Shown in pieces: positions 38,118-51,830 of a stretch of 64,000 nucleotides of DNA (position 1 is the first letter of the stretch; every line of letters starts with the position of its first letter). Under the pieces are notes generated by a model. The model had not been told where the DNA came from. It did not search any database and was given only the letters and a program-made list of their open reading frames with translations. The position numbers and the translations under genes are program-made. The DNA is taken from positions 1 through 64,000 of the forward strand of contig CAJFCJ010000084.1 in NCBI GenBank assembly GCA_904063045.1, written 5' to 3'. The DNA comes from Dimorphilus gyrociliatus (taxonomy: Eukaryota; Animalia; Annelida).

Positions 38118-39479
38118 TAGCTTGTTAACATAAAGGACGTTATTTTTCAAAATGGATTGCTACAGGTGTCATTTAAAAGCTGATTGCAATTTTGTTGAAG
38201 ATGAAATCGATGTCAACTTTCGTTGTGATCTATCATTAAGAAGTTTTTTCGTTATTTTTTGTATAGTTTCTCTAAATTGTAAATGACTTTTATACAGAAA
38301 GTATAGATTATTTAAAAATGGAAAATGGTAAAGATCCTTGCGTGGCAAAATATACATCTACTGGAAAATTGCATGTATGTTTTTTAGAAGCTCTTGGAAA
38401 TTTTCTACCAATTTTCCTTTCCATAAGAAGAAACAATGATGGAAAAAATTATTATTGACACTCTTCAATATGTTACTCACTTCACATAAGAAGTGAAAGA
38501 GCTAGTGGATGGTTATAAATCATTAAGGTCATAGGTACTATGGCTATTGATGATTCTTCTGATGGTAATTAAGATCAAAAGAATTGCTAAAACCCTGCAA
38601 TAAATGTGTCAGATGAAAGTTCATAATCTTTATTTTGGAAACAACAAGTTTTTTGACTTTATGTTTAGGGTTCTATACATGAAGTTTTTCTCATTTTTTT
38701 GTTAGCCTGTTTATGAATATAAAACCATCAGGCAAAATATATCCAGTAATGTAGCGCTATATCCAACAACTGTAACAATTTGGAATTGTTGAAGAATGAA
38801 TAGATTCAGTTACATGGTGTCTACATTTTGCATAGTTACCTTTGACAGAGCTAAAAAGAAAGACAAATTTTTAGTATGATTATTTTTCTAGGAAAAAATC
38901 TTAACTGTGACAAGAATGACCTTGAAGAAAATAACCATGAGAACATTTCAAAACATTTTGCCTTATGTGTTAAAGTATCTTTTGTGCCTTTTCCTATTCC
39001 AATAATTTAAGTGCATTTTCTTCATATCAAATAATTGTTTGAGTATTTTCTATAGGCATTCTGAATTACTCTGATGATTTAGCTTGAATAATTCAAGATA
39101 TTGATATTGGATATTGGTTATGAATCTTTAATTTGTACTATTTATCAGTAATAAGCTCTTATTACCTTCATAAAGAGTTTGAAGAGGAAAGGGAAACTTT
39201 GAATATGCGTGCAGAGACACAGCATAAAATTCAGGATAGGAGAGTGATAGAGAGAGAGAGAGGAGAGAAATGGAGGAAAGTAGCTATTGACAAAAGTGTT
39301 GGAAAAAAAATGAAAGTTGCGGAAAAGTTGAAATTAACATTGAATGCATTATTAGTATCAATTGTAGTACAACAGCAATTTGGAGTTGTATCATCACGAA
39401 CAGACAGTAAGAATTTTCCATTATTCATTCATCTTGTTTTTTAAAAATCATTCAACAATTTTTTTCAGTGTGTTTTACT

Positions 39480-40545
39480 GAAGAAATTCCTAATCGTGGT
39501 ATCCATTTCAGTAATTTGGATAGGTTCACAGTCAGTCTGGAAGAATGCAAATTTAAATGTCTACAAAATCCTCTTTGCAGGTGAAAACATTGATTTGATG
39601 ACAATCTGTTCTTTATCTAATATTCATTGTACACGCATAAAACATCTCTGCTTTTAGGTCTCTTGAATTTAATTATCAGCTTGATGAGTGTTTCTTAAAT
39701 AATGAGGACAAATACTCAAAACCTGATCTATTCAGAACATTTAATGGTTATGTTTACCTTGGTAGAATGAATGGGGTTTTGTGGTAAGTAAAAAGATCTA
39801 TACAATTAAGCAATAGATAACTAATTTGCATAAATTATTCATCAAATAGATGCCATTGTTGATACAGTACAATGTTCAAATATCTCTAATATATTATGTG
39901 GTTCACCTTTAACCAATCAGGATAATTGTGAAGGAAATGGATGTTGTTATAAAAATGGCAAATGTTACTATGATGACACATTCATTCCTATGCAATAATG
40001 AGTCAAACTGTGATATGTACATGTACATTCCTGACAATAGACAAAAAGAATGCTCTACATTTACTGCTACAGCTTCCACCTGCAATTATAATTCAGAAGA
40101 GAATCCTCAGACTATTTTATCTCAATCCTGCACAAATTCACCAATTTTTGATGATGAAAAAAGTTCCAAGAGCCTTAAAATTCAAAATATAAGTGATGAA
40201 GAAACAGCTGGAACATGCATTAGTATTGAAATTGGTCGAATATTCAATTTAAGAATTCCTTGGCCTACAATTGATTCTCCATTCAAAAATTTCCATATTC
40301 TAATCAAAGGTCAGAATCTGCAAAAGTGTGGTTTATTAAATTCTGGAGTTTTGGCTTATGTTGAAATGGAAATCAATTTTTATTGGGGCTTTTTAGGCTG
40401 TGAGTTGATTGACAGAGATGATAATGAATATTGTAGCTATTCTTGTACTTGTGGGCCTGATTACTGTCAGGCTGTGTACATTAAAGGTTTTGGTAAAAGC
40501 GAAGAAAATATGAAAATATGCTATTATGAAATAACAAATGTATGA
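39480..40545 (+). pseudogene. PAN/Apple-containing protein with Cys-rich C-terminal domain; 5' part degraded
   Basis: VSLEECKFKCLQNPLC at about 39530 followed by stops; ORF 39928-40545 ends CSYSCTCGPDYCQAVYIKGF...KICYYEI, paralogous to 58860-59930. Confidence 0.6.
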
Positions 40546-40745
40546 CTTTGGAATGTGGAAAGAGAATACTCTAGCCAACATTCCTTCTTTTTCACAATTA
40601 TGAGCTAGAATACACCCTTATCTATTACAAAACACTCATTTTGTGCTCATTTTGGTCATTTCTGCACATTATATATATATATATTATTGAAGTATTTTGT
40701 TTGGCAAATTAAGATCAAAATTATCATATTTATAAATGGTTTATG

Positions 40746-40880
40746 TAAAGCTACCTGATAACTTAGCAAGTGCTACAAACTATCTACTCTGCTATTGAAC
40801 AATTTTTGTTGAATGGTTCAAGTAGAAGCAGTACTGTTAGAATTCTCAAATGCATAACTTGGCTAAGCAGAAGCAGTACA
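40746..40880 (+). mobile_element. Family A LTR 3' fragment
   Basis: Matches 3835-4021 and ends with AGCAGAAGCAGTACA. Confidence 0.8.
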
Positions 40881-41589
40881 AGGCTAAGAACATGATTTCT
40901 ACCATATATCATTGTTCAAAGCACCATCAATATTGGATGTTACATTTACTAATTTAGTTTAATTATTCATTAAATTTCCTATGAAGAAACTACTGAAGAG
41001 ACAAAAATAAATACATATTGATTTACGCAATCAATTTCTCTCTTCTGTTCTAATACCTACAAATGCACAAAGGATTTTTTTCTAATGCTTCCGAGTACAA
41101 AAGTACACAATCTTAAATATCTCTCTTCATAACTTTGTCAATTAGACCTAACCTTTAGATGAGATCTCCCTTATGTATGAATCAATAGTTATCTTTTTCT
41201 GGCTAACTAGCCTTCTAATTTCTTATTGAGCAGATTTTCTGCCAATCCCAATTGAAATCCTACCTGCTGATACAAAATACTATAGAATTTAGAATGAGAG
41301 AGTTGAAGCAAGGTCCTAAATGTTTTCAGTAGGGACCATTGTTAAAGTATAAAGTAGTTTAAATGTGACACTGTTCAGTGTATATATGTAAATTTTAGAT
41401 TTTCAAGAGAAGTTTAACACTAAATTTGAATTAAACAGATGTATTGTGGCTACTAGCAAAACTATTGAACTTTTAACTGTATAATAAAACTTATGATTTA
41501 AATTGTTATCTTTTCTAAAAAGAAAATTCCTAAAAGTGTGAAATACAGTCTAATTGGACTGAAGCATAAGACATAAAAAAGGATAATGC

Positions 41590-42420
41590 CTGTACATGTT
41601 TACACTGTAATCATGTACTGTACGCCTATGCTTACCAACGAGTACACACATTCTATAGAGTATGCTCAAATTCATTCATCAATGGAAAGGCAATATTTAG
41701 CAGTATTTAAACAGTGCTCTACACACCTAACATACAACGTTTACTATTCTTTACACCATTTTAAAAGTTAGTTGTAAAATACTTTTACATCTTAACTTGA
41801 TTATTAAACCTATTTATTAAAAACATAATATTTAATGGGTACTAGGCGTATTTTACACTATTCTACGTATATTTCAAGTTTAAAGTTTATAATCAATTTT
41901 CAACAGTATTGTATGCACAATACTATTCTAGATGATCAAGTCTATTAGTTTTTACTCTATCATTGTCTTGTACTAGAATATTTTACTTTTGAAAAACAAT
42001 TATTATCAATAATTTGTGGTATATATGAACAGCATTATGCTGACAAAACATCTATTTTTGTGAGTTGGAATCAATCCAACTTTTACCAAAATTCTTACAT
42101 CTTATGCAATTTTCTCACCTACTAACAAGGGCTTTCCACAACAGTGTATAAGTAACAATTATGGAACAATATTTTATCCAAAGTGATATATTTGTTTGTG
42201 TGAATATTTATGAGCTGTGAACTGTCAATTGTTGGAAAAGTGTATAAAGCCTATGAATTTACCAGTAGGCAGTTCAGTTTTCTAACCACCAGCTTGGTGT
42301 TAAAATCTGCTTGTTTAAAACTAGAAACTCATTTACTCGATAAATATTCTTTGAATGAAATACTGGTGTTTTGTTGATAAATTTCTCACCAAATTTCATT
42401 TAATTGAGACTACTTGTGGA
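41590..42420 (+). mobile_element. Dispersed repeat family B, copy 2
   Basis: Inverted homolog of 31580-32400; begins near TGTACA; TATA-like GTATAAA at about 42242. Confidence 0.7.
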
Positions 42421-43015
42421 TGAAGTTGAAAGGTTCTATTTGTTTGAGTACTTTGATAAACTGATAAATGATTGGAGAGGATGAATTTGATTTTAACGAG
42501 CAATTTGAAAAAATGGAAAACGCTTACTATATCTGCCTTGATGAATTCATTGCAAAGGAAATTGGAGGAAAATGTTTTCTGTGCTTCAAAACATGTCAAA
42601 TTAAATGCATTCAAGGTCTATAATATTTTAACTCAGTAATTTTTGGTAGATTAAGAGCAAATAAGCTTCATGTTAGACTATGTTAGTCTTTGTTGTGATT
42701 CTACCTTACAAAGAGCTTCATAAGCTAAATCAAATGCTTGATTAGTTAACTGTTTGGATGTAACATATTAATTGAATGCTAATTAAAATTAGTACATGGG
42801 TGTATTTAATTAATTATTTTAATTAGTCTACTTTGCACTCAAAGATCAGAGTGATGCTCATATACATCCATCCATCAATCATTTACTAAATGTTAACTTA
42901 CTATTGCATATAATATATAAATATATCTTTATATATATATATATATATATATACTGTATCTTGGTTAAATTTTGAAAAGGTACTGATTTCAATATTTTTC
43001 AATCTCAGAGAAAAT

Positions 43016-43791
43016 ATGAACTCAACTATGAATTCTACTTCTACATATTCTGCTTATGACCCTTCTGACATTATAAATATTATGATAGTTACTGTATCGC
43101 CTAGCATTTTACTTTCTTTGGGAATATTGATTGGAATACCATTTAATACTTTGTCATTAATTACAATTTTAAAAAGTAATCTATTCAATACTACTTTTTT
43201 TAGATATATGGTAATGGTTTCATTTTCTGATCTTTTGATAACTCTATTCAATGTACTGAGGTCCTTGTATCTCTTAAACATAAAGATAGTAACTCTTAAA
43301 CTGGCTTTGATATTTAATTGCAAACTCTATCGATTTGTTTTTACTTGTTTTTCCCAAATTTCATCATGGGTTCTAATAGCTGTAACAATTGATCGATTTG
43401 TATGCATTGCATTCCCAACAAAGGCAAAAGTTTGGTCGACTCTTCGAACTTGTAACATAATTATTCTAGCAGCAGTTATCTATGGATAACTCTAACTCTT
43501 TTATTATCCTCAACATTTATTATAACAACATTTCCAGTTAATTTGGTTAATATTTATTTAACTAAATTTGCATTGAATAAAGTTCTATCAATCGAAGTTA
43601 GATTTTCTTATGAGGTGTTAATGATTGTTAATAGTCTAAATCATATGATCAATTTTGTATTCTATTGTGTTTGTGGTGGAACATTTAAAAATGAAATGTT
43701 TAAGATGTTAGGCTTGTCAAAATTCATCAGAGAAGTTAGCTATTCGAAAAGTTCACACTCACAAGAAATGACAAGAAATGACAAGAAATGA
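43016..43791 (+). pseudogene. Rhodopsin-class (peptide-receptor-like) GPCR with internal deletion of TM4-TM5
   Basis: TM1 GIPFN, TM2 SFSDLL, TM3 TIDRF; runs straight into TM6 TFIITTFP in another frame; TM7 NHMINFVFYC. Confidence 0.8.
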
Positions 43792-43859
43792 ATGAACTAA
43801 TAAAAAGGGTTAGTTTAGGGTTAGGGTTTGTAAATTAATTTATGAATATTTGTGATGTG

Positions 43860-44060
43860 CACACTGTCAACTATTGAAAAAGTATATAAACCCCACGATT
43901 TTAACAATAGACAGTTCAGTTTTCTACCTCAGTTTGTTGTTAAAACTTGCTGGTTGAAAACTAGAAAGTCATTTATTCAATAAATATTCTTTGAATGAAA
44001 TACCAGTGTTTTGTTGATAAATTTCTCAAGAAAATTTCATTTATTGAGACTATTTGTGTA
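43860..44060 (+). mobile_element. Repeat family B 3' fragment
   Basis: Direct match to 42210-42420, with TATATAAA at about 43884 and AATAAA at about 43979. Confidence 0.75.
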
Positions 44061-44520
44061 TTGTTATGCTTAGCTTAGTTACTGCAAGATGCAGTTTTCT
44101 ACACAGGTGGCATCTCAACTGAGAAAGCTTTTTCAGCTTTAAAACCATGGATTGGAGATTATTAAAAATATAATTTGGGTGATTTAATAGGTGGAGCTGT
44201 TATTCATTCTAATTAGTTGTATAAAATCTCCACCAACTCAATTACATTCCCCAATGCATCAAAAGTTGATTGGATTAAACCTACAGAAAGAATACTAGAA
44301 ATCATATCCAACATACAAACATCTATTAAATCTGCTTTTAAAATGGGAAACAACAAATTCATCGATGCAAATTTGAAATATAGAGGACATAACACCTGTT
44401 GGTTTGTCATCTGTTCATGATATCATACTTGCGAAGATACTCTCTGACTATATTTTTTAGATGAAACCATGGTAGGTTAATAATATTTGGTAGCCACTCA
44501 ACACATTGTTTACAATGTTA

Positions 44521-44744
44521 TAATCACCTCCTCCCATCTCTACATCCCTTCCAAGTGGCTATCCTAACTTGGGTTCTATTGGACCAGTACTTTATCACTG
44601 GGATTCATTTGTATCCCATTACTAACTGGATACCTTGTGGTAAAAGTACAATGATTATTGTACTTATTCTTGTTCACTGTGTCTTGAACAGTGATTACCT
44701 TTCTTTAGCAATGTATAGAATAGTACTGGTTCAAATAGAACCAA
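44521..44744 (-). mobile_element. BEL/Pao-like integrase C-terminal (DUF5641-like) relic
   Basis: KVLVQ...PLGRDVEMGGGD (frameshifted); nucleotide similarity to 61735-61800. Confidence 0.5.
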
Positions 44745-46349
44745 ATTATATAACAGCAAGTATGGTAGAATAAAGTGAATATTACAACAATATGTTTGAG
44801 TAAGGTTTATAATAAGTAAAACTAGCTCTACTCACACTTAAGGGTCAACAAATAATGCTGAATGCTATGTTCAATCACTCTCCTTTTATAAGGACTGCAA
44901 TGGGACCCTGGGGGGTTTCCCGATCTGGTGTCCCTTAACAAATGTTCAGCAATGCAAATGAAGTTCAATCAGAACTGGCACATTACTTTGAGTTAGTTCA
45001 TGCCAAATTTGCTGTTCAGTACTCCATAAATCCAAAGATCATCATGGCCAAGGGTTTTAATTGCCCATTGATCATGAAGTTTGTCATTGCAGATGTCTAA
45101 TGTCTATTTGTGTGAAGTTACTCAAAGACAGAGGATCTAATGTTCCTAGTACTAACAAATTTTCCTTACTTTACTACAAAGGTACTGTTCTACGTATAAA
45201 CCAACACAATTACAATACAACAAAAATACAACAAAGTACATACAGGTTAGTTGTAAATTTCTGGAAAAAAAAATCTATAATAGGTATGGATGTTTTCTTA
45301 CACGCAATCAGCATTATTCTCATATGGGTGTTTTCTTACAGCCCTGCTGTCTAGAAATGGAAATATAGATCAATTAAAAATTTTTAAAATCTTTTGTGTT
45401 GATCCACTTTGATTGGATGTCCAGTGTTCCACAAATCTTCAATCCATTTGGCTAAATGTCAAATGTTCCAATGACCCATAGGACAACTGTTTCTTTGTTT
45501 ATAGCCACCCAAAAGCAATAAATGAAATGTTTGTAACTCTAGATGACAATGTTTCTCAGGTTACAATGTAATGTTTTTTAGATACTGTCCTACATGATAA
45601 AAAAAAATGAGTGCTATTTAAAACTTGTAAATGGACAACAATTATTCTTCTAATATTTGTAAGTACACATTAGTAATAAGCTAGAATAGTAATTACTTTT
45701 TCTAGTAGTTCTCTCAAATTTCTTCTGTTCAACAAAGATCATAGGTTTTGTTTAAAGCATTAATACAGATCAGAAATTGCAAGGTGTTAGAAAATTTTTG
45801 AATATGAAGCAGCCATTGTTCAAAATTAATAGATTAATTACTGTGATTATTTGGAAATATCTACAAATTCAAATTTCTTGTATAAATATTTCACAGCAAA
45901 TTTTGTAAGAGAATGAACTATATGTAAAAGGCTTAGTCTTTCTCCAGGTAAATCAGTCTTTGGAGTATGCAATCATGATAAATAGGCCAATTTTTAAATG
46001 GTTCAATGTTGAAAGAGTGGAAATTTGTAAAAGACTTGGTTATAATTCAGACTATTCAAGAGTTGAGTACAGTTTGAATGAATCAAAGAAGGAATCTGTT
46101 CAATTAATTATAAATCCCTGTTGTGAATAGTTCGTAGAAAATGAAGTAAACATCAATAATAAATATTGAAATTTCTTTCATTTTAAGTAAAATTAAGAAT
46201 GAGAAGATTCACGAAAGAATTATATTAACATGCTTCAAAAAGAACTCTTCATGTATGTATAAGAGGATAAGAGGCGGGAAGAGGACTATACTTGTCCATC
46301 TTTCTTTTATCATAATTGATCATTTTATCTGATTTTAGATTTACTAGTT

Positions 46350-49300
46350 ATGAAATTGGAGGATAATTTATTTCAAATTCTTTATAAGCAACAAAGTAGA
46401 ATCTATACAGTTTCATTATCTGAAAACAGAGAATTAATTTGTAAAAATCACATGATTGTGATTAAAGATTCTCTTCAAATTGAAAATCAAACTGCTGTTA
46501 TCACTTTTGATAAAAATAATAACATGAATGTAACAATTAAAGATTTCAAAAATTCTAAAACTCCAACATGCACTTACCTTGAACTGGATGGTTGTTGATA
46601 TTTTCATAAGCATATTATTTTCAATAAGGGCATATTTAAAGTTTAGATCAACCAATAGGCTATTGTTTTCAACTTTCTCTCACCATTTTCAAACTATTCA
46701 TTCCACTCTGTCATTATCCATTTTAGTCTAGTTGATTCACTTTAGATAATGTGTCCTTTTATTTTAAAAATCCAAAAGAATTCATTAATCTCATATTTTC
46801 TATTTTATGCAGAATTCTTGATTGAAACATACAAAAGGAAATTTTCAAAGAGTTATGACAGGATTTTGATAAAAGAGAAATATATATATACAAGATATCT
46901 CACAAGAAATTCGAAAACGTATGGGTTTTCTTTCCTTGTATTTTCGCCCAACATACCTGATTCAGTTAAAAATTTATTTTTATGCAAGAAATTTAATTAT
47001 TCCGCATTTGGACCAGAAATCCCTTTCCCTCATATCATTAAAAACAATGTGAGTAGTACAACTTTGTTTGATAAACTACTAATCTAGTTTTAAAAGCCTA
47101 ATAGATTAATAATAAAAGGTTGTAAAATAGAGAAAAATGAAATAATTGGATGCTATTTTACTACTGAATATAAAAGTGGATATTATGATTCTTATGAAGA
47201 AATACTATGCCAAACTGAACTTAATTGTAGGGCTATTTAATTTTCATAATTGTAAATTTACTTTTTATGAATTGTCTTATAGTTTCAGGAATGAGTTTAA
47301 TTAATAAACATGAGAATCTCACTTTTCAAAGTGGTGTGTCAAGAGATAGTTTTGAAGGAAAATTGATTATTAACTATAATAGCATATTCTATTATGTTAA
47401 ATTTTTGAAGTTTTCTCATATTCAATTAATATGCAAATTTTTTGGATTTAAATCAGGTTCAATTTCAAAGAGGACACATGTGCTTTATTTTCATAATTAT
47501 GGATATGTTATGTTTCTTTCTCATTTTGAATGTGAGAATAATGCTACAGATATAAACCAATGCAAAGGGATTGAGAAAGAGTGAGTTTTGAGGGGTGTAG
47601 TGATATTTGAGCCCAGGACAATTAAGCCCTTTATAGACATTTATGAAGCCCTTTTTTATTATTTCACTGAAATATCTGTCTTAAAATGAGCCATAATGTC
47701 CTAGCCCTGATTTTAGGATTTCAACAAACAAGAAAACTTATATTAAATAGTCTTACTTTTTTTTCCTTTACTACATTAAGTTTTCACATCGGAAGAGAAA
47801 TTCTAATTCTAGTTTGTCATAATAAAGGTAAGTCTGTAATTAACAATAGTCTATCTAAGTGACATCAAACTTTCAGCTGTAAATTGTAATGAAAAGGCAA
47901 CAATTCACTTTGAAAATGTTTGTTATTACATATTTTGGTTTAATAAATCCCTTAGTATTGATGACATGGAAAAAAAGTGTTTGATGTTAAATTTATCTTT
48001 GACTGATTTACCAACCTCTCATAAATATTTCCTTACAACATATATTTTTCATTATGTAAGAATAATTCCTGGTGCTAATGAGAATTTTCTTTATGAACCA
48101 TATTTAGTTATAGGTAAACCTTAATGAGATTATGTAATAATATATTTGTCATGGGTAAAACCATAGGGGGATTAAGTTGCATTCTTAAAAGTACTGATGT
48201 ACTATCTCTCTTTCTAAGTGTTTAATAAATTTCACAGACTGAATTATTTATTGGATACTTCAGCATTTGATATATATATATATATATATATATATTAAAT
48301 TCCTTTTCTAGGTATTTTCATGTTTGAAAGCTAAACCTGAATGATATTTTTTGATGAGCTATTACTAAAATTTCAGCTTCATCTCTATCCGAAGCTGCCT
48401 TAGTAATCTATTATAACTTGTTTATCAAAATTTCTCATTCTAGGTACAAAGAGAACTGAGAAAAATGGTCAAACTTATTTGTTAACATCCAATAATTATG
48501 TAGTGGATCTCCTAAACGTGTTCTATAGTCCTGCAGAGGAAGGTCTTGTGGAAAAAAAAGACTGCTATCGATATGTTCATAACACATCAGCATATTATAA
48601 CTATTTAATGAGAGATCCATTTGAAAAATTAATAGGGAAAACTATATCCTATAAGTAAATATTCTGTAATTTTGTTTATTGTAAATAAAGAGATTCATTT
48701 GTATTTGTGATGTTTTCAGGAATTATGGAAATTCAGAATTTGAAATTGTAAATATTGCAAGTTTTTATAGAAGTAATGTACTTGTATGTCAAAAATTTGA
48801 GGGTTTGTATCACAGTTTTATAAGCTATCATAGATCCAATATTTGTCTATCAGATAACAAACCACTGTTTAATTCTCCACCAACTTCAAACTCTACTTTC
48901 AAAGATAATTATTTTTTCTGTGTTATAAACGAGATTTATATTAATTCAGCTTATGTTTGTGATGGTTATAATGACTGTCCATCAAATGAAGATGAATTAA
49001 AATGTGGGGAAAATGAGAAAATTCATTTCTATTGTTCAGAAACTAATGAGATAATTAGTTATAGTTTGGTTTGTGACTTTGTATATGATTGCAAAGATCA
49101 TTCAGATGAACTACTCTGTGGTTTGTAAGTTTTTGATAGTCATAATTAAATCATAATTTTGAAATCTATTTTTCAGAGAGGATAAAGTGTGAAAATAATA
49201 CTCAGTAATTAAATATAAATACTCAATGTTGAAAATGCACACAATTCTGTCATTATATCATAATATCAAAGACAAACCTTAACCCTATCATCATTAACCG

Positions 49301-51830
49301 CAATGTCTTCACCCTTAAATCATTTCACTAACATTAACCTAAAATTCAATCCAAAGCTTACATCCCAAAATTTCCTCACAATGAGCAATTTCAACAATCT
49401 TCCATCTGCTGAAGTCTTTACAAAACAGATAAACTTTCCTTTTGTTTCAGAGCAACATGTAGTAATAAGCAGTGCATAGCTTTGGAAAAAGTTTGCAATA
49501 ATGAATACAACTGCTTTGATTACACAGATGAATTATGTCAGGATGAGGAATCAATTTCAACTCATTTCATAAAAAGTAAGTTTCTTGATTTGTCTTTTTA
49601 TTAATTATATACAAATAAAGAAAAATTAACTAGATTGTAACAGTAAATACCAGTTGTTATGTGATGGGAAATGTATAACTAATGAGGTCAAGTGTGATTT
49701 CAAGTCAGATTGCTATGATAAATCAGACGAATTATATTGTTCTGAAACTGAAAGATTTAGCAAGTGTAGAGAGATGTACAACGAAGATTTTTGCTATATA
49801 CAGTATGATTCAAAGGGATTTATGAATAGTAAACCTGGTTATCCATTGAAAAATTTTCACATGTGCCTAAATCACACATGTTTAGCTCAACAATATAAAT
49901 GCTACTATGAAGGATTTTGTATAAATATAGAACAAGTTTGCGATGGAATGAGCCAATGCCTTTATGGAGATGATGAAGCTAATTGTGGTTGGTTGATTCT
50001 TTTCTAAATGAAAATAAAATGGTTAAAGAGCAAATTTTAAATAGGAGAGTTTATGCCAAAAGGTTTTTTTAAATGTAGAAGAGAGAAACTTTACCTCTCA
50101 ACCACCAAACTCTGTAATGGTATACTTGATTGCAAGTTTGGGAGTGATGAACTAAACTGTATAAGTGAATTTGCTCAAAACATATCAAAATTTTGTGCTC
50201 AGTCATATGTGTTTGAATGGAGATGTAGTACAACATCTTCTTCATATTTGTCATCAATTGATGACAGAATTAAAATGATTGTTATAAATGGAATGTTTCT
50301 GTTGGAAAAAAATGTGATAAATTCATTCCACCTAATTGTTTTGAAAGTATCAAATAATGAAGATATAAAAAACTGGAGAATTCAAAATATACCTAACATA
50401 ATTCACATGGATATATCAAAGAATAGTATAAAAGACTTTAATTTCATAGAAAATAATCAAACACTGACATTACTTCAATATTTAAATGTTACACAAAATT
50501 TCATTAAAAATTTAAGCTTTTTCCAAAAAATCATCTGTGAAAATCTTTTAGTTTTAGATGTATCTTTTACAAAGCTTGGAACAATTTACAAGAATTCTTT
50601 TCAAAATCTAAAAAAGCTTAAAATATTGAATTTACAGTATGTCCAAGTAAACTCTGTTGAAAAAGGGTCTTTTCAAATATTTCAGTCACTTGAAGAGTTA
50701 AATATAAAGGGTTTAAAAATATCTATTGATATGATGACTAACTTTGCTATCAGAAACAGAAAATTAAGAAAGGTTTTAAGTGACCAGTTTCAAATATGCT
50801 GCATCATATCTAAATATCATAATGAATCAACCTATTGTAAACCAAAACATACTGCTTTTCTAACATGTGATCACATTCTGCCTACAAATACTTTAAGAAT
50901 TGTTTTTTGGTTGTATGGAATATCTGGCGTACTGGGCAACATATTTGTATTGTGTCGATCAACACTTTCTAAAAAACAGACATTAAAATACTACCGGATG
51001 TTTTTGTCAGTAAGTGATATGTTAACAGCCCTTTACATGATATTTGTTTGTATAGCTGATGTATATTTTGGTGAGGACTACTTGGAAAGTGAAGAAAAGT
51101 GGAGAAGTGGATCACTTTGCCAAGGTCTTGGCACAATAATGTCATTTTCGCAACTCTATTCAATGATAAACATTTTTCTTATGGCACTGGAACGCTTTCA
51201 AGCAATACAATCACCTCTTAGACAACCATTTATATCAATTCATAGAGTTTCAATGCTAACAATATCATTATTCATGTGTCTGTGTGTTGTAGTAATTCCA
51301 ATAATTCAATTTCAGGTATTTTGTTGTCGCTGTTGTCAATCAATTATTAGAATGATACTAAAGAAATTGTAAAAATTTTAAAGGAATATTATTCAAAGTC
51401 AACAATTTGTTTTAATATGCCTATTGGAGGAGATGATACTAGTGGCTGGATATATTCAATGATAATCTTTGGTTTCTTCATTTTGATTATAGCCCTAGCA
51501 ATATCTATACTGAACATTATATTATTTATTACAATACATAAGAAATCCATTAATCCACAGTTAATTCATTTCAAAAATGCAAAAATTGCTACCAGCCTCT
51601 CTGCTTCCATATACATCTTATCATTTTCAAACATACTTTGTTGGATTCCTATTTCCATCTTGGGACTACTGTCCAAATTTTTTGATGTAGTCATAAAAAA
51701 TAACCTATACGTTTTCATTTTTGGCCTTTTAGTTCCCCTTAATTCGATTTTAAATCCATTGATATACTCTTCAGATGAAATAAAATCCTATTTTAAGAGG
51801 TCAAGGAAAAGCAAAGAAAATATAAGGTGA
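46350..51830 (+). CDS. Multi-exon GRL101-like LGR: SRCR-like, CTLD-like, about 6 LDLa, LRRs, complete 7TM; 5' exons contain stops
   Basis: IQLICKFFGFKSG...FECENNATDINQC; CYYIFW...KCLMLNLSLTDLPT; LDLa exons 48900-50160; open exon 50053-51315 with ALERF; last exon EYYSKSTICF...LNSILNPLIY with stop at 51830; in-frame stops at 46596 and 47085. Confidence 0.8.

Noticed and set aside
38400-39000. Further GPCR relics (also 57016-57650 and 60400-60800) and a Kelch-like relic (45400-46100)
   Set aside because: Hydrophobic or motif-like patches too degraded to call without a search.
43808-43830. True telomere or telomeric array
   Set aside because: Only 2-3 imperfect units in internal sequence.
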